Assembly: GCF_009914755.1 (NCBI RefSeq)
Contig: NC_060927.1
Origin: the human T2T-CHM13v2.0 reference genome, Homo sapiens
Reading direction: 5' to 3' (one strand)
DNA length: 64,000 nucleotides
Shown here: one piece after another, positions 27,061 to 42,079 of the stretch
Position numbering within the stretch: the first letter of the stretch is position 1
Layout of the letters: every line of letters starts with the position of its first letter
The notes under the pieces: generated by a model
The model's database searches: none
What the model was told of the DNA's origin: nothing
What the model saw: only the letters and a program-made list of their open reading frames with translations
Position numbers and translations under genes: made by a program

Positions 27061-27566
27061 ACTTAAGCTAATCTTGTTTTTTTTTCTTAGTTTTTCACAA
27101 AAAATTAAAAAAATAAAAAATAATAAAGGTTGTAGAATAAAGATGTAAAGAAAAAAGTATTTTTGAACAGCTATCCCATGTTTGTATTTTAAGTAATATT
27201 TTTATAAAAGGGCCAACATTTAAAAAATTAAAAGTCTGTAAATCAAAAAATGTTACAGTAAGCTAAAGTTAATTTATTATTGGAGAAAGAAAAAAATTAA
27301 AATAAATTTAGTGTAGCCTAAGTGTACAGAGTTTATAAAGTCTATAGTACCTTACAGGAATGTCTTAGGCCTTCACATTCACTCACCACACAGTCACTGA
27401 CTCGCTCAGAGCAACTTGCAGCTCTGCAAGCTCCCTTCATGGTAATTGACCTATACAGGTGTGCTACTTTTTATCTTTTATACTGTTTTTTGTTGTTGTT
27501 GTTGTACCATTTCTATGTTTAGGCACAAAAATATTTACCGTTGTGTTACAATAGCCCAGAGTATTA

Positions 27567-27750
27567 AAGCTTCTAGTGTTTGCCTGTAATCCTGGGCATC
27601 CCCTGGTTTATAGGTGCATCGCTCTACTTTGATCTGCCATCTTTACATGTCCATCTTTCCTCCGTGTATATCTGTGTCTTCACACAGGCTTCTTATAGGG
27701 ACACCAATCATTGAATTTGAGGAGTAACCTAATTCATTATGATCTTATCT
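27567..27750 (-). repeat. internal MLT1 LTR segment duplicated from 31004-31184 and inserted in Tigger3
   Basis: aagcttctagtgtttgcctgtaatcc...cctaattcattat present at both sites, about 85% identical by eye. Confidence 0.88.
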
Positions 27751-29040
27751 TACAGTAAGACCACGTACCTATTTTTAGCCTGGGTGCAATAAGCTGTACC
27801 ATGTAGCCTATGTGTGAAGTAGGCTTTATCATCCAGGTTTGTGTAAGTATACTCTTATGATGTTTGCACAATGATGAAATCACCTATCAATGCATTTCTC
27901 AGAATGTATCCCCGTTGTTAAGCAATGCATGACAGTGACAGTATATATACATTTCTAGTATTTTTTGCTATCCTCTCCTTTTTGCCTTTTTTACTCTGTC
28001 CTCCGCCTTTATTTTATTCTTCTCATCAATGAGGTTTTCCTTTCATTTATATCATTAACATCTTAAATACACTTGTGAATCCTTTTAGACTACATAGGGA
28101 TGTAATTTTCATTTATGCTTACTTTATGTTTCTGATGTTGGTTTTATCTGCTTACTTTCCTCACCTGGATTTCTTCAGCCTGTTTGATTCCTTATTGCCA
28201 AACTAAGTTTGCAGACTGCACAGCACTTTCTTTGTTTACTTGTTTTTTAACTTCATTTCTTCTGTTAAAGTGGGCAATGAAATGGTGTAAAAAGTCTGGA
28301 TTCAAGCAGTAAGCCTGGTCCCTGTCTTCAGTCTCACATTAATGATTTTTAGTTCTTTGCCCTGCCGTAAGAGTTAAAACCACCAGCCACAAGTCTCAGC
28401 AAGCCTGTGGCATCAGGTCTCCATCACGTTGCATTGGTGTTACTTTTCTTCTAAGGAGCTCTTATGTTGTTTTTATCCTGGCTATGTAATTTTGATTTTT
28501 GAGTTCTACTACATTTTATCATTTTCCTATCTTGGGAAGGAAGGGCCATCAAAGCAAGGAATTATGATATCACCTTAATGGGAAATTCAACATAACAAAA
28601 AGCAAGACTCTTCACTTACCTATTGGTTAGAGGGCCTTTTACATGCCTGTTAGGTTTTGCAAATTTTTCATTTATCCATTCAAGTTGAATAGTGTAAGCC
28701 ATCTGTTTAAATTTTTAGAAACTTCTGCCCTTAATTCTTAAAAAAGTTACCACAAAATTAAAACAGCTATTTTCCCAAATATTATTATAGTATTTCAGGA
28801 AAAATTGTTATGAAAACATAGTTTGGTGTTATTGTAATAAAAATAGTATGATCTTTAGAAATATATTTTATTAGAATTCACTGTTAAGGACTCTATACAT
28901 GCTAATACATCTTTTAACAAAGTGTTTGTACAAACATCAATTGGAATTTCATGCCAATTATATTTTTATTTTATGTATTTTATACTACTTTTCAGGTAAA
29001 CATACATATGCACATATATATCTATATATCTGTGTATATA

Positions 29041-29043
<3 letters not shown>

Positions 29044-29072
<29 letters not shown>
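29044..29072. repeat. (CA)n microsatellite
   Basis: read directly. Confidence 0.9.
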
Positions 29073-29075
<3 letters not shown>

Positions 29076-30509
29076 TGTTTATCAAGGCTGTTCATGCTAT
29101 ATAGTGATCTTGCCATGTGTCTATTAGCAAACCAAATTTCTTCTTATGACAAGTATAACCCATTTTCTTATTTATTTGCAAGCAAATCTTGGTAGGTGCT
29201 AACACCTGACCATAGTGGATAAAGTCAAGAAGCAAGCTATACTTTTCTTCTGGCTTTTCAGGTTTACATTTAGGAAGAAGAGAGGTTGTTATTGAATCAT
29301 AAATGTATCTTTATGTATTCTCATTCCTAGGCTGAGTCGTCTGTTCAGAGATTCACTCTCTGTTTAGAAATGCAGTCTTCATTTAATGTCCTCAAAATAT
29401 GCTCTTTTGCAGCCTCTTCCTTCTGTATAAAACTAAATGTGTCATTTGTCCCTGAGCAGATGTTAACAAGTATAAACAGAAAGTCGAATGCAGCTACATA
29501 TATAGAGAAAACAGCAAAATAAAAAGGGAGAGGTGCTAACTAAAATTAAAGTGCAATTTAGTGACTTTATGTAAAATTTTTTTCTAGATGCATTGCAAAA
29601 TTCTAAATATCTGTGAGTATGTTGATTGACAATGTGAATGATGTAACAGACATTTTCAGCACATCTTGGCCTATCAGAATATATGAATTTGGCAATTCCT
29701 TCCTTTGATTATGGAAAGTATAATATAAGGGAATGAAGTAGTCCTCATTGGTGAACTAGTTAACGCTGCTATTTAGTGCCAGAGAGTTATCAAGGCAAAA
29801 TATTTTATCCCTCATTGCGTAATTTTAAATCTTAAATATTTTAAAACCTAAAAATGAAAAAAGAAAATATTGATTTTATAATATTTGCTTCAGTTTTAAG
29901 AAATCAATGTTGTTGAAGTTGTCTGTTTTGTTGCAAATATTACTGAACATGGAAAACACCTATTAAAACTGTGATGCATAGTTGAAAGTTAACCCTTAAC
30001 TGAGACAATGTCTGGTAATGAAAGGCAACATTTACATATGTTGTCTCATTATCCAAACTATTTGAAAAATATTAAAGCAGTGAACTCTACCTATATAATT
30101 ACTTTCTAGTATTTGCAGTGTGACTTAAATATTATTATGAGGAACCATGCTAAGGATCAGAAATAGATTTTCATTGAAATGGGGAAAACATAGCGAATAG
30201 AAGAAATATGTCTTAGCGTAAACAATGGAGGATAGTTTTACGACCTCAGCAATACCTTCCTGCCCCGATTTCCTTATTCCAGCTACCACTTGTTTGACCT
30301 GGGAGTCAAAATTATCATTCAAAATTGTAAAAGATGCTTTTATTCTCAGTGCTTACCCATTCATAAATTACTTAAATAATATATATGACTAATACATCTT
30401 TGTGTATATATGCAAGAAATATAATTTGTAGATAATTTCAGTAACCCATTATGACTAGTTAAAAGTATAACCCAATCAGGAATTCTTATATATCATATAT
30501 ATTTTGTTA

Positions 30510-31282
<773 letters not shown>

Positions 31283-34076
31283 TATTAATTTTTATAATGA
31301 TATAAAATTTCTACTTTTGATTTAAAGCAGAGCCATGTGACAATCAAATATGTAGACTAATTCAATATGAAGTCATTAATTTTGATCAGTGTGTGTCCCT
31401 TTCTTCAAGGTTAACACCTGACATCTGGGTGAACTCATTCTCATCAAGAAGTATTTGGAGATCTAAGTAGATTTAAATACATAGCACTAGTAAAAAATAT
31501 GTGATAGTTATATATTGGTAAAACAATTAACTGTTTTGTTTTCTGTTTTTAGTATTTTATTTATAAGCAGTAGTCCTGTTGCATGGAGGGTGCTGTCTTT
31601 AGTGAAATCTGAGGAATACTGTTAAATACAACACAGAGAAGAATAAAAACATAGGGATTTTGGAAATCTGCACACTTTTTTTTTCCAATTTCAGGAAATA
31701 ATCTTAATTCACACTTTAGATGTGACCTCTAACAGCCTTATATAGATCTTGGAAAGTTTGTGAAGTGATGAAAACATGTAATGATTTTCTGTGAATTTCT
31801 GTTGATCTTACAGGTGCTCCCTACTGGGAGGCTTTGATTTATTCTGTACTGTGAACCATGGGAAAGTAAAGTATTACACAGGCCGTTTCCTTTTAAGGTT
31901 GAAATGGGAATTATTATTAATTACCCTGGGACAATAGGTATAAAGAGGACACTTGAGCCTCCTAGCTATTTAGAAACCTACTGATCTTTTTATTGCTAAT
32001 TTGAATAATTGTTTCTCTCACATGCCTCATCACAGAATAAAGTAATGATCAGACATGACTTCTCTTAGTCATGGTTAATGTTTCATAGCCATTGAACTAG
32101 TGAGAAGAAAGGTACTAAGGCAGTGGGATGACTATGCAAAATGGTATTACCTGTTTTGTGAAATCCCATAGAGGGAAGAAACTACATATGTAATTTGGAA
32201 GAAAATGTAAAAGCTACTGTCTTTAATTTAAAATTCACATATAATGAATTAAACATTATTCTTGCATACATATCTTTTTTCCCAATTGCATGGATTACTG
32301 AAAATAAAATTAAGTGGTACTGAAAATCATCAGAATATCATTGAAAATACTCTGACACCCATGGATAGGGAGGGCCAATTATATAGGAAATACTAAAGGC
32401 AACAGAGGGAGCTTTTGAGGAACAGAGAATACGGCTGTGACAGCAAGCATGGAAAGAGACGTTTGATTTTGGAAATCCCTTATTATCTACAGAGTGTTAC
32501 TGAATAAGAAGATTCACATGGATTGTTTTTGCCACAGAAATAGGTTCTGGCATGTGCCAATGCGATTAAGCACCCTATTCATCTCTGTCAGTCATGGCCC
32601 TTCAAAGACTGTTTTCAAAGAATTGCTTGTTATGAGGAGGAGGACAGGAGGAAACATTTGAAGAACAAATGATTAATGGCATCGTTACTGAGTCTTGTAG
32701 TTCTTATGCAAAACCTACAGTGTTTGTATGAAAACATGGGAACAACTGGAATATCCATGGATTTCCTCATTCTGAATCTTTGACCTGAAAATACATTAAC
32801 CTAACAAGCCACATATTGAAACTAAACTTGATTTCATGGCTAGATAGGAAGTGGTGATCAGTGTTGGTTCTATCTACACATTTTGCTGGGAATAGAAAAG
32901 AGCTAATATTATTTCTATTGTATAAATTATGACATTTGGTCTTTGGGGGCAACCTGTTAATAGAGACTAAAACTCATGGAGAATGAGGCATTCAGTAATA
33001 TACAATAGTTTTTATTAACTTATGAGACTCTCATTAGCCAACAGATTTTGAAGCTCTATGCCATGGGTACCTTAAATTAACATGGATAAATGAAAAAAAA
33101 TCTTATGTTGGACTATATGTATAAAATAACCTGATTTTTGTAACAACAATACCTACAAAGTTTTGGGGACTATACATGTATGTATAATATACATACAATC
33201 AAAGAAATATATTTTGTCATTGCCTTCCAACTGGTTATACTGTAGTAATCTGTGACTTATTGGATTCAGGACTGGATTGAGAAAAGATGGGAAAATCTGG
33301 GAAAAGATTTTTTTTTTTTACTTGATATTCTGTAGAAGATGTTTGAACTTCCAGAAAGGGACAGAATTATTAAAATCTTACTTGTCATAACAGATATGAT
33401 AAAAAATAAAATTACATAATGTATAACATTCAAAATGAAGGAAGAACAGTCTTCTTTGTTGCCAAAAGGCTGAGAGTGGTGTGTTGGTCCTTAGGTTAAA
33501 AAAAGGAAAGAGGGATGTGTAACAAAATTACTGTTGCCAAGGAGAACAAAGAGGATCCCTGCTTCATTTTCTGGGCAAGATCCTGCAAGTATAATTATGT
33601 TTCTTAAGACTTTTCAGGTTGCCACTACTCTCCTTCAAACAAGTCACAGAAATGATGTTATTATCAACTATTTGGATATGATTGATATTATGCATTAATG
33701 TGCCAATTCTGCCAAACATCTATTAAATATGTGAGATATATAGTACCAGTAGAAAGGTTAAATATTTTCCTGAAGGTACTTTTTAACTATTGTGCTTACA
33801 AATAAATCACAGGAACTTAAATATATCATTCTGGCTTACTACAGAGGATGGGGGTAATTACACCAATTTCACAAAACTTATTACTAATTTACAGTGTCAG
33901 CCTATTATGTTGCTAATAAGAAAGATAAGGGAAAGGTGAGACAAGGCCATGGAAAGGACAAGGACGATGGAGACTGCTGGCATTATTTAACATCTTATGA
34001 AATTGCTGCATTGTGAAGAGCAGGTATACTTGTTAAAAAGAGCAGATATTTGGCAGAAAATTAATTTTAAAGCAAT

Positions 34077-34660
34077 GTATCATCAGTCTTATCTAGTCAG
34101 GACAACAGAAACATCCTAGTTAATTCAAACAGAAAGTATTTAAAACATGAAATTTTTTCCCAAAGTATTAGAATGATGGAGGAGTAAAAGGGGGAGAGAC
34201 TATATGTAATTATCACTTACCACTGGAAACTACTATTACCTCTTTGGCTGGAGGGGCAAAAGGGAAAGCAGTGACCCAGAGCCCTATTATGGCATGCTGC
34301 TGTGGCCACTTCGGCTCTTCAAATTACTGACTTTCCATATTTCAGCAACCCTTGAGTCACACACCTCCTGATGCTACAGGAACCTTGGAACCCATAGGCT
34401 GAATGAAGCTCCTGGACTCATCTAGGCTATTGATGGAGTCCACATTTCAGTTGTTACTACTGCATTGTCTGTTGTTGGAGTCAGAGCCAGTGAGCACTGT
34501 GCTGCTGAGTCTGCTGAACTAGCTCTGCTTCTGTTGCCAGAGCCAGAAGCAGAAGAGGGGAAAAATGCCTTTTCTCCCCTTCCTTTTAATTTCCTACCGG
34601 GATCTTTTATTGACAAGATCTACTGGAGATCACACAGCATTGGATTCTGCAGAATTCCAG
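34077..34660. mobile_element. possible ancient LTR (LTR78/MamGyp-like)
   Basis: tctagtcaggacaacagaaacatcctagttaattcaaacagaaag resembles a motif of old mammalian LTRs; local rise in GC; family uncertain. Confidence 0.35.
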
Positions 34661-34669
34661 CTACAAATT

Positions 34670-35145
34670 GTATTAATTTATTCAACAAGCATATATTGAG
34701 TATTTACAGTGTGCTAGATATATTTTTAAGCATTGGAGACTCCAAAGTAAATAGACGAGAGAGAAGTCTGCCTCTGTGGTGCTCACACTTTAGCAATGAG
34801 CAAGAAAATAATCACATATATAAATAACTGTAATGTAATATGATGATAAGGACCAAGAAGAAACAAATAAATAAAATACTGATATAAAAGTTATAGACTT
34901 ATGGTGAAGTGGTGCCAGAGTTGAGGGAGTCTACCTGATAAAGTAGTATTTGAGCAAACTTCTAAAGAAAATGGATTCTGAGCCATCTGGGTATCTGCAG
35001 AAGAGTGTTCTTGGGAGAGGTGTAATATAGTACAAAGCCCTTCAAGCTCAGATGATTGGCAAGTATGAGACCAAAACATGGAAGCCAGCATGGCTGGTGC
35101 AGAGGGGCAAAGGCAAGAGTTGTAGGAGTTGAGGACAAAGAGGTG
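34670..35145 (-). mobile_element. L2 3' fragment
   Basis: atttattcaacaagcatatattgagtatttacagtgtgctag; atttgagcaaacttctaaag; gaagccagcatggctggtgcagag. Confidence 0.75.
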
Positions 35146-35448
35146 TCATTCTCCTTCCCCTGCTCTGGGAAGTAATTTGAATTTCTTATGTGCGATTTTG
35201 TCTACAGATCAGGGTTCATATGTTATATTTTCTTGGAAAATCACCCTTAAAATGTGTAATTTTTATATTAACAAACAAAATGGGGAATGGGGTAGTTGAT
35301 GTTAATTTAAATGTCAGAAGATTATTTGTATTTTTATGGGACAGTTGAGTTTCTGTTACTTTAAACTTTACTATAAAGTTTGTTACTATAAACTTTAAAA
35401 ATGCTCATTAAGAAGTTTTTACCCCAAATTATCATCATAACTTCATAA

Positions 35449-36451
<1,003 letters not shown>

Positions 36452-38102
36452 CTCTTCACAATAAATGTTTTTGTTGAAGTTTATTTTATTGAAAATTCTC
36501 AGGGAGACTGCATTAACAACTCTTTTGATGTAGGTAGTCTATGGACTTCTCTTTGAAAAACATTGTTCAAAATGTACAGCAGATATGTATAGATATTCGT
36601 CACAATTTTGACAATGGTAATATTTCTAAATTTGATGTACAGGATGATGACATGCATAAGCTTCTGGTAAATAAGAAAATTAGCTATCAAATAAATTAAA
36701 ACTATATTTCACCTGTCAAATTAAAATTGTAAACGGACAACACTGGTAAAGGACCTTGAAGCTAGCACCCTTGTTTATGCTGATACCCATCGTATGCATT
36801 GAAAAGCAAATATATTCCTGAAACCGTAAATCCAACAATGGTAGCCATATATTCTTTACTGGTATTAACTATTTATGAGAGTTTTGCCAAAGGAATGCAA
36901 AAAGAGTACATGTGACATGTGTTTTAAAATGTTAATTGCCTAGTTATTTAAAATTTTTAAGAGAACTAAGAAAAATGGCTTTAGAATTCAAAGTGCATTC
37001 TTCAGTGAATATACTTATGCTACTGCAAATAGAATTTCATCAAATTATAGATATTTTGTGATGACTTGGGTCTGTTAAAAACCGAGTTCTTAAGATCTTT
37101 CTTCTCTATAAAAAAGGTCTGAAATTATAGAAATATTTTGTTTTAAAATTCTTTTTAATAGGATATAAAATGTTACCTTTTTCTTTTTTCTTATAATTTT
37201 AATATTCAGAATTATTAGTCTTATTATGGAATTTTTCACTCCGTGGCACTTGGCTTGATCATCTAGCATCCTGAATTCCTCTGATTATGAAAATACAGAT
37301 TTTAAAAAATCATGTGAAATATTATTATGTCTTTATGCAAAGACAATTGATATGAAATTAAGCTAAAATTATAAATCTTATCTAGACCAAATTAAGTATC
37401 TCACAATTCTATAGCACTGGATTCTAGAATAGTAAATGTGCCTGAACTGAAATAGCTCATGTGTTTTTTTCACTTGTGGAAAAGCTTGTAACTTTAAGAA
37501 GACTGAAACTTGTGGAGACTATTAATTATTCTCATTAGGTTTTTTTTTTTAACTATTTTAGGAATCACCAAGAGTGACAATATCTGCAGATGCAAGAGAA
37601 ATCGGTGTTAATATACCGTTTGTAGATGTTTTAACTATAGTAAACTTGTTGGCTATAAGAATAATGAATTTTAGCCTAGATTACCTACACTTTGCAGAAT
37701 CTCATAATTTAAGATTCTTAAATTGAAATAACATTGTAAGTACATACATAAACAATGCAGGTATATGTATGTGCATGTGCTCATGTGTACTCATGTATAT
37801 GGATTTGTACATCAAATCTCAAAACTATGGCAACAACTTTTTCTCTAAAAATTGTGTTAAACCTGTTAAATCTGAATATGCTAAGTCTGCTGAGTACAGA
37901 TAATATTGAGAAATCAGTGAGAAACCTAGTAAATTACCAAATATGTTCTTTTTCTTTTCCTGTTTTAAAAAACTGAATTATCCATATTCTTTTATCAAGA
38001 AATTGCTAAGCAGATTGCAAGAGAGAGAAGTAGGAGACAAGGTAACTTCCATTCCCCCTACTTTCTCTCTCTGTCTCTTTGTTTTTACTTTTCTTCCTGC
38101 AG

Positions 38103-38180
38103 ATCCTGCAGTCTCAGATTTCCACTCTGTTCTGAGACCAACACTGTTATGTGAAATGGGTCAAGTGTCATCCGTCTTTG
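38103..38180 (+). other. candidate 78-nt exon of an unidentified plus-strand transcript
   Basis: ~50-nt polypyrimidine tract ending ttcttcctgcAG; donor TTG|GTAAGT; length divisible by 3; one open frame (DPAVSDFHSVLRPTLLCEMGQVSSVF); not in a repeat I recognise. Confidence 0.4.
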
Positions 38181-39720
38181 GTAAGTTCACTTAAGTTCAG
38201 GCTTTTGTCTTCCCTGGTTCTCAATTTCTTTGCTCTTGGAACCCTATTCTTCATGCTCTAACACCTACTCCGCAATGCATCAAGACCTCTTGTGTCACTT
38301 ATTTACCAGTTGAACGTCTCGAACACTCTTCCAACAAGTGAACTCATTGTATTACAGATAAGGCAGATTCAGACATCCTGACATGTCACGTGCCCTTGTG
38401 CTCTGTTGTATCTTATTTAGAATATATTTGTGTCTCTGCACCTTTGTCCACAATTTTCAACCACATCATTTGTTCTTTGTCATATTTTTCTGTGTTGCTC
38501 GTTGTGGTCAATGAGACTACATAGCAGCTGCAGAATCCCATAGTAGGTGGCTTAGGACAGCCATTGGGTTAATAGGTGGAGTTTTTAAGATCACCTTTTC
38601 TCTAGAAAAGGCCTAGAATTTGGGAAGGCAGTACAGAATTTGGTCCCTAGAGGTATAGGAGAAACCAGACCAAGGGAAGAGGGGAAGGATGAAGAGAGGA
38701 CAAAGGTTTCTGTAAGGATATGCTTATTGGGTTTAGGTTTGTAAAACACTAATTTCGAGATAAATGATCTCTGGAATTTCGGTGGGAGTGGAGAATAATG
38801 AAGGAGAAGGGAATGGGGTTCTAAGGAGATATTAATGGACAAAAGTAGAGCCCCTAAATTGACATTTATAAAAGAGGACTTCTGCCACTTGTCCTACTCT
38901 CCTGATGAACTATTATGGAACGTCATAATGAAAGGATCTGCAGAAATTAAAAAAACATATATACAATGGGCATGTCTTTGATTTCTATTATATCATTTTT
39001 AAGTTGTGTTTAGCACTTTCTTGAAGATTTTACTTAAACACAAGTAAATTATTTCCTTAAATCTAAGTATTTTAAGAGTAGTCATTTATTTTCTTATTTA
39101 TTTATTAATATTTATTGTGTTCAAGGGGCTGTTAAAGGTGTCATTTATTATATACCCCACTGAAAAGAATGTTCACTTTTATTTCTTTTGATTATTCTGA
39201 TTATCTGTTCATTATGATTATAGAAAACTTAAAAACTAGGATTTATTACCTTCTGATGTCTTGCAACTATTTCTAGACTTTTTCTTATTGTCGTTTACTA
39301 GGAAAAAAAATTCATTTTGATATTTCTCTCCTGTTATTATTTTATAATTGCCTTAGTTTTATTTACATTGATATTGCATCTTTTGTATGCATCTTATGTT
39401 TGCATTGGTACTTTTAATTTCAAATATTTTTAATATTTAGTAAGAGATGTCAATTTTTAGAAAAGATATAGGTGTATTTCATGTTTTTAAGTCAACGTTT
39501 AGTACTTAATTATTATTTTATTATGGAACTTAAGCTATTTAGTAGCATCTCCCCAAAATCATATATATATTTTGTGTAATATGAAAAAATAATTTACAAC
39601 ATACCTTGAGTTATACAACCTTGGGAAATTGTCAAAAGTTCATAGTACCCTTCAAATACATAGGTTAAGATTAGCTTTTCTGTTCTTTCTGTATGAGTTC
39701 ATATATATGTTTATAATAAA

Positions 39721-40093
39721 CATTCATGCATTGCTTAGTGACGGGATATGTTTTGAGAAATTTATCGTTAGCAATTTTGTTATTGTGCGAAGACCATGGA
39801 GTGTACTTACACAAACCTAGATGGTATACCTGGTACACATCTAGGCTATATGATATATCTTTTTGCTTGTAGGCTGCAAACCTGTGTAGCATGTTCCTGT
39901 ATGGAATATTATAGGCAGTTGTAACACAATGGTAAGTATTTGTGTATCTAAACATAGAAAGGGTACACTAAGCCATGTGATATGCACAATGTAAAATGGT
40001 ATACCTGCACAGGGAAGCTCCTTTATACTAGTATGGGACCACCTCTATATATGCAGTCAGTCATTAACTGAAACATTATGCGGAGCATGACTG
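39721..40093 (-). mobile_element. Tigger3a-like MITE (non-autonomous Golem derivative)
   Basis: Termini cattcatgcattgcttag / gcggagcatgactg; gtgtacttacacaaacctagatgg is the reverse complement of the Tigger3 right end near 27830-27850. Confidence 0.88.
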
Positions 40094-42079
40094 CAATTTC
40101 GTTCCAAGGTCCATTTAGACTTACTTATTTATTTAACTAACTACTAATTTTTTCTATATATATTATAGGAATAAAGCTGAATAACCACAGAGCTTTGCAA
40201 AATGTTTTATATATTTTACCAGAGATTTGCCATGCCCTCTCACCAGTGATAGAATATGACAAAGTACTGATCTGTATAGCTTCTTTATAAGCTTGAATTT
40301 TATGTCATATACTTCTCATCTTTTTTTGTGCTTGGATAGCTTATTATTAGTTCTCGTTTGAGGTCAGTAGGGTAAACTTATATGTTTTCATATGTTCCCG
40401 TGCCGATTTCAGTGGTTTCCATTTTATCTTCCAGGATATGCTCTATGTGCTGAACAATACCTAGCCATTGTTAACTGAGCGGGTTCATTAATTGCAATGG
40501 AATTTGGAGGCAACTGAGTGGGGGAGTTGTTGGATGAGAGGATTTTTTTAAAGAAGGGAAAGTAGGTATTTGCATTCCTCTTAAACTGTTTCAATAAAGA
40601 AAACAATTTTCTCTGTGTTCCTATTAGTGTAAACTGTTGATGAGTTTGAAAGCCAAAGCTATCTGGACTTATTCGGAGGCACTGTAAGATGAAAGGATCA
40701 GCCTAATCTGGTTTTAAGGGAATAGCTTCATTGGAGTTAATCTGCTATGAGCCAGAAATACAGTTTTCAGAGATTTGTAAAGTAATTGAAGCAGTTGTGA
40801 AGGTTAGAGAACAGGAGCCAAAGGTTTCTTTTGCTTTATATTGATTCAATTAGTGAGAAATATAATCTTTAGGGTTTTAATGATAGATATAAAGAGATGT
40901 AGACAAATAGATCCATATGATATTTTTCATGTTAATATAACTAGTTATTTTGGCTTTCTCCTTATATTAAAAATCATATAGTTTGGAAAGATTTTTTAAA
41001 GATGAGCTAAGAGTCATATTAACTTCCTAGAGAATTTGTTTTTAAACTATATACTAATTAGTGTAGATGAAGATTATTTGGGCATACCTCTTAGATAAGT
41101 AAGCAAACAACAATTGTGTTTTAATTTCTTAAGCTAGTCCAGTAGATCTATAATCTTTGAAATAGTGTTCAAAAATAAATACCAGCAAAAAATTCTGGCA
41201 TAAATAAAGAAAAATATGTGAGTTACTTTTCATAGAAATCTTCAAATACTAGTTTGATTTTTTTTAATTTTCTAGTAATTCCTTATCATTGGCATTTGGG
41301 AATGACAATATGCATGTATGAGATTTTAAATTGACTATACAATGTATGTATGATTATAATAAAAATAAAAGTATATGTCTGGAGTTCACTTACTGAATTT
41401 ATTTATACTTTACCTTTTTCCAAAAGGATATGGCTCAACTGATCATTACACTGTGCTTTCTGTGTAAATATATTTATAACTTTGAAACTAAAGATATTCA
41501 AAATAGTACATCTTATGAGGAACCCTTATAGTGCCTTAAGGTGTTCAGTATATATTGTTATATAAATGAGTGAGTGAAGCCAAAAGACATATTAAGTGAG
41601 CAAGTGGAACATCTTGGTCTAAAACCTCAACTTTCTTGACCAGAAACTCTGGACCAGAATTATAAATGTTGGCTCGGCATCTGACTTTATGCTTGACCTT
41701 AAGCAAGGTTCTGTGTATCTCTGAGCATATATTTCTTCAATTATACAATGTGGGAGTTGGCCTAGATGTAATCTAAGCTTCCGCCTTTCTGTTTGGTGCT
41801 GTGACTGGCCATTTGTGCTTGCATAGTCGCATAAATAGCTTGTTAATTACTGAGGATGCCCATTCTCTGGAAAACTCTGAATGCCAATAAAGTCTTTCTT
41901 ATATTTAGCTAAAATTCTGTCTAAGTTGTACATCGTTCATAAATGTACTAGGTGTGCCTTCAACATATTCATAGAAATTATTGATGGAAATAATTATATA
42001 AGACAAGACAGGGCATTGTGTTATGGTTAAATTTTTTAACAGCAACAACAAAAATAATCCATCCAATTTCTGAGGCAGC

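Larger units (their letters stand above)
24838..27935 (+). mobile_element. full-length Tigger3/Golem (TcMar-Tigger) DNA transposon
   Basis: Left end aagtcatgtgccac..ggtcccgtaagattataatcgagctgaaaaattcct; right end catttctcagaatgtatccccgttgttaagcaatgcatgacag; internal pogo-type transposase; ~3.1 kb. Confidence 0.9.

Noticed and set aside
32610-32790. Minus-strand acceptor (gtattttcAG) with short open frames
   Set aside because: No donor, partner exon or recognisable peptide.
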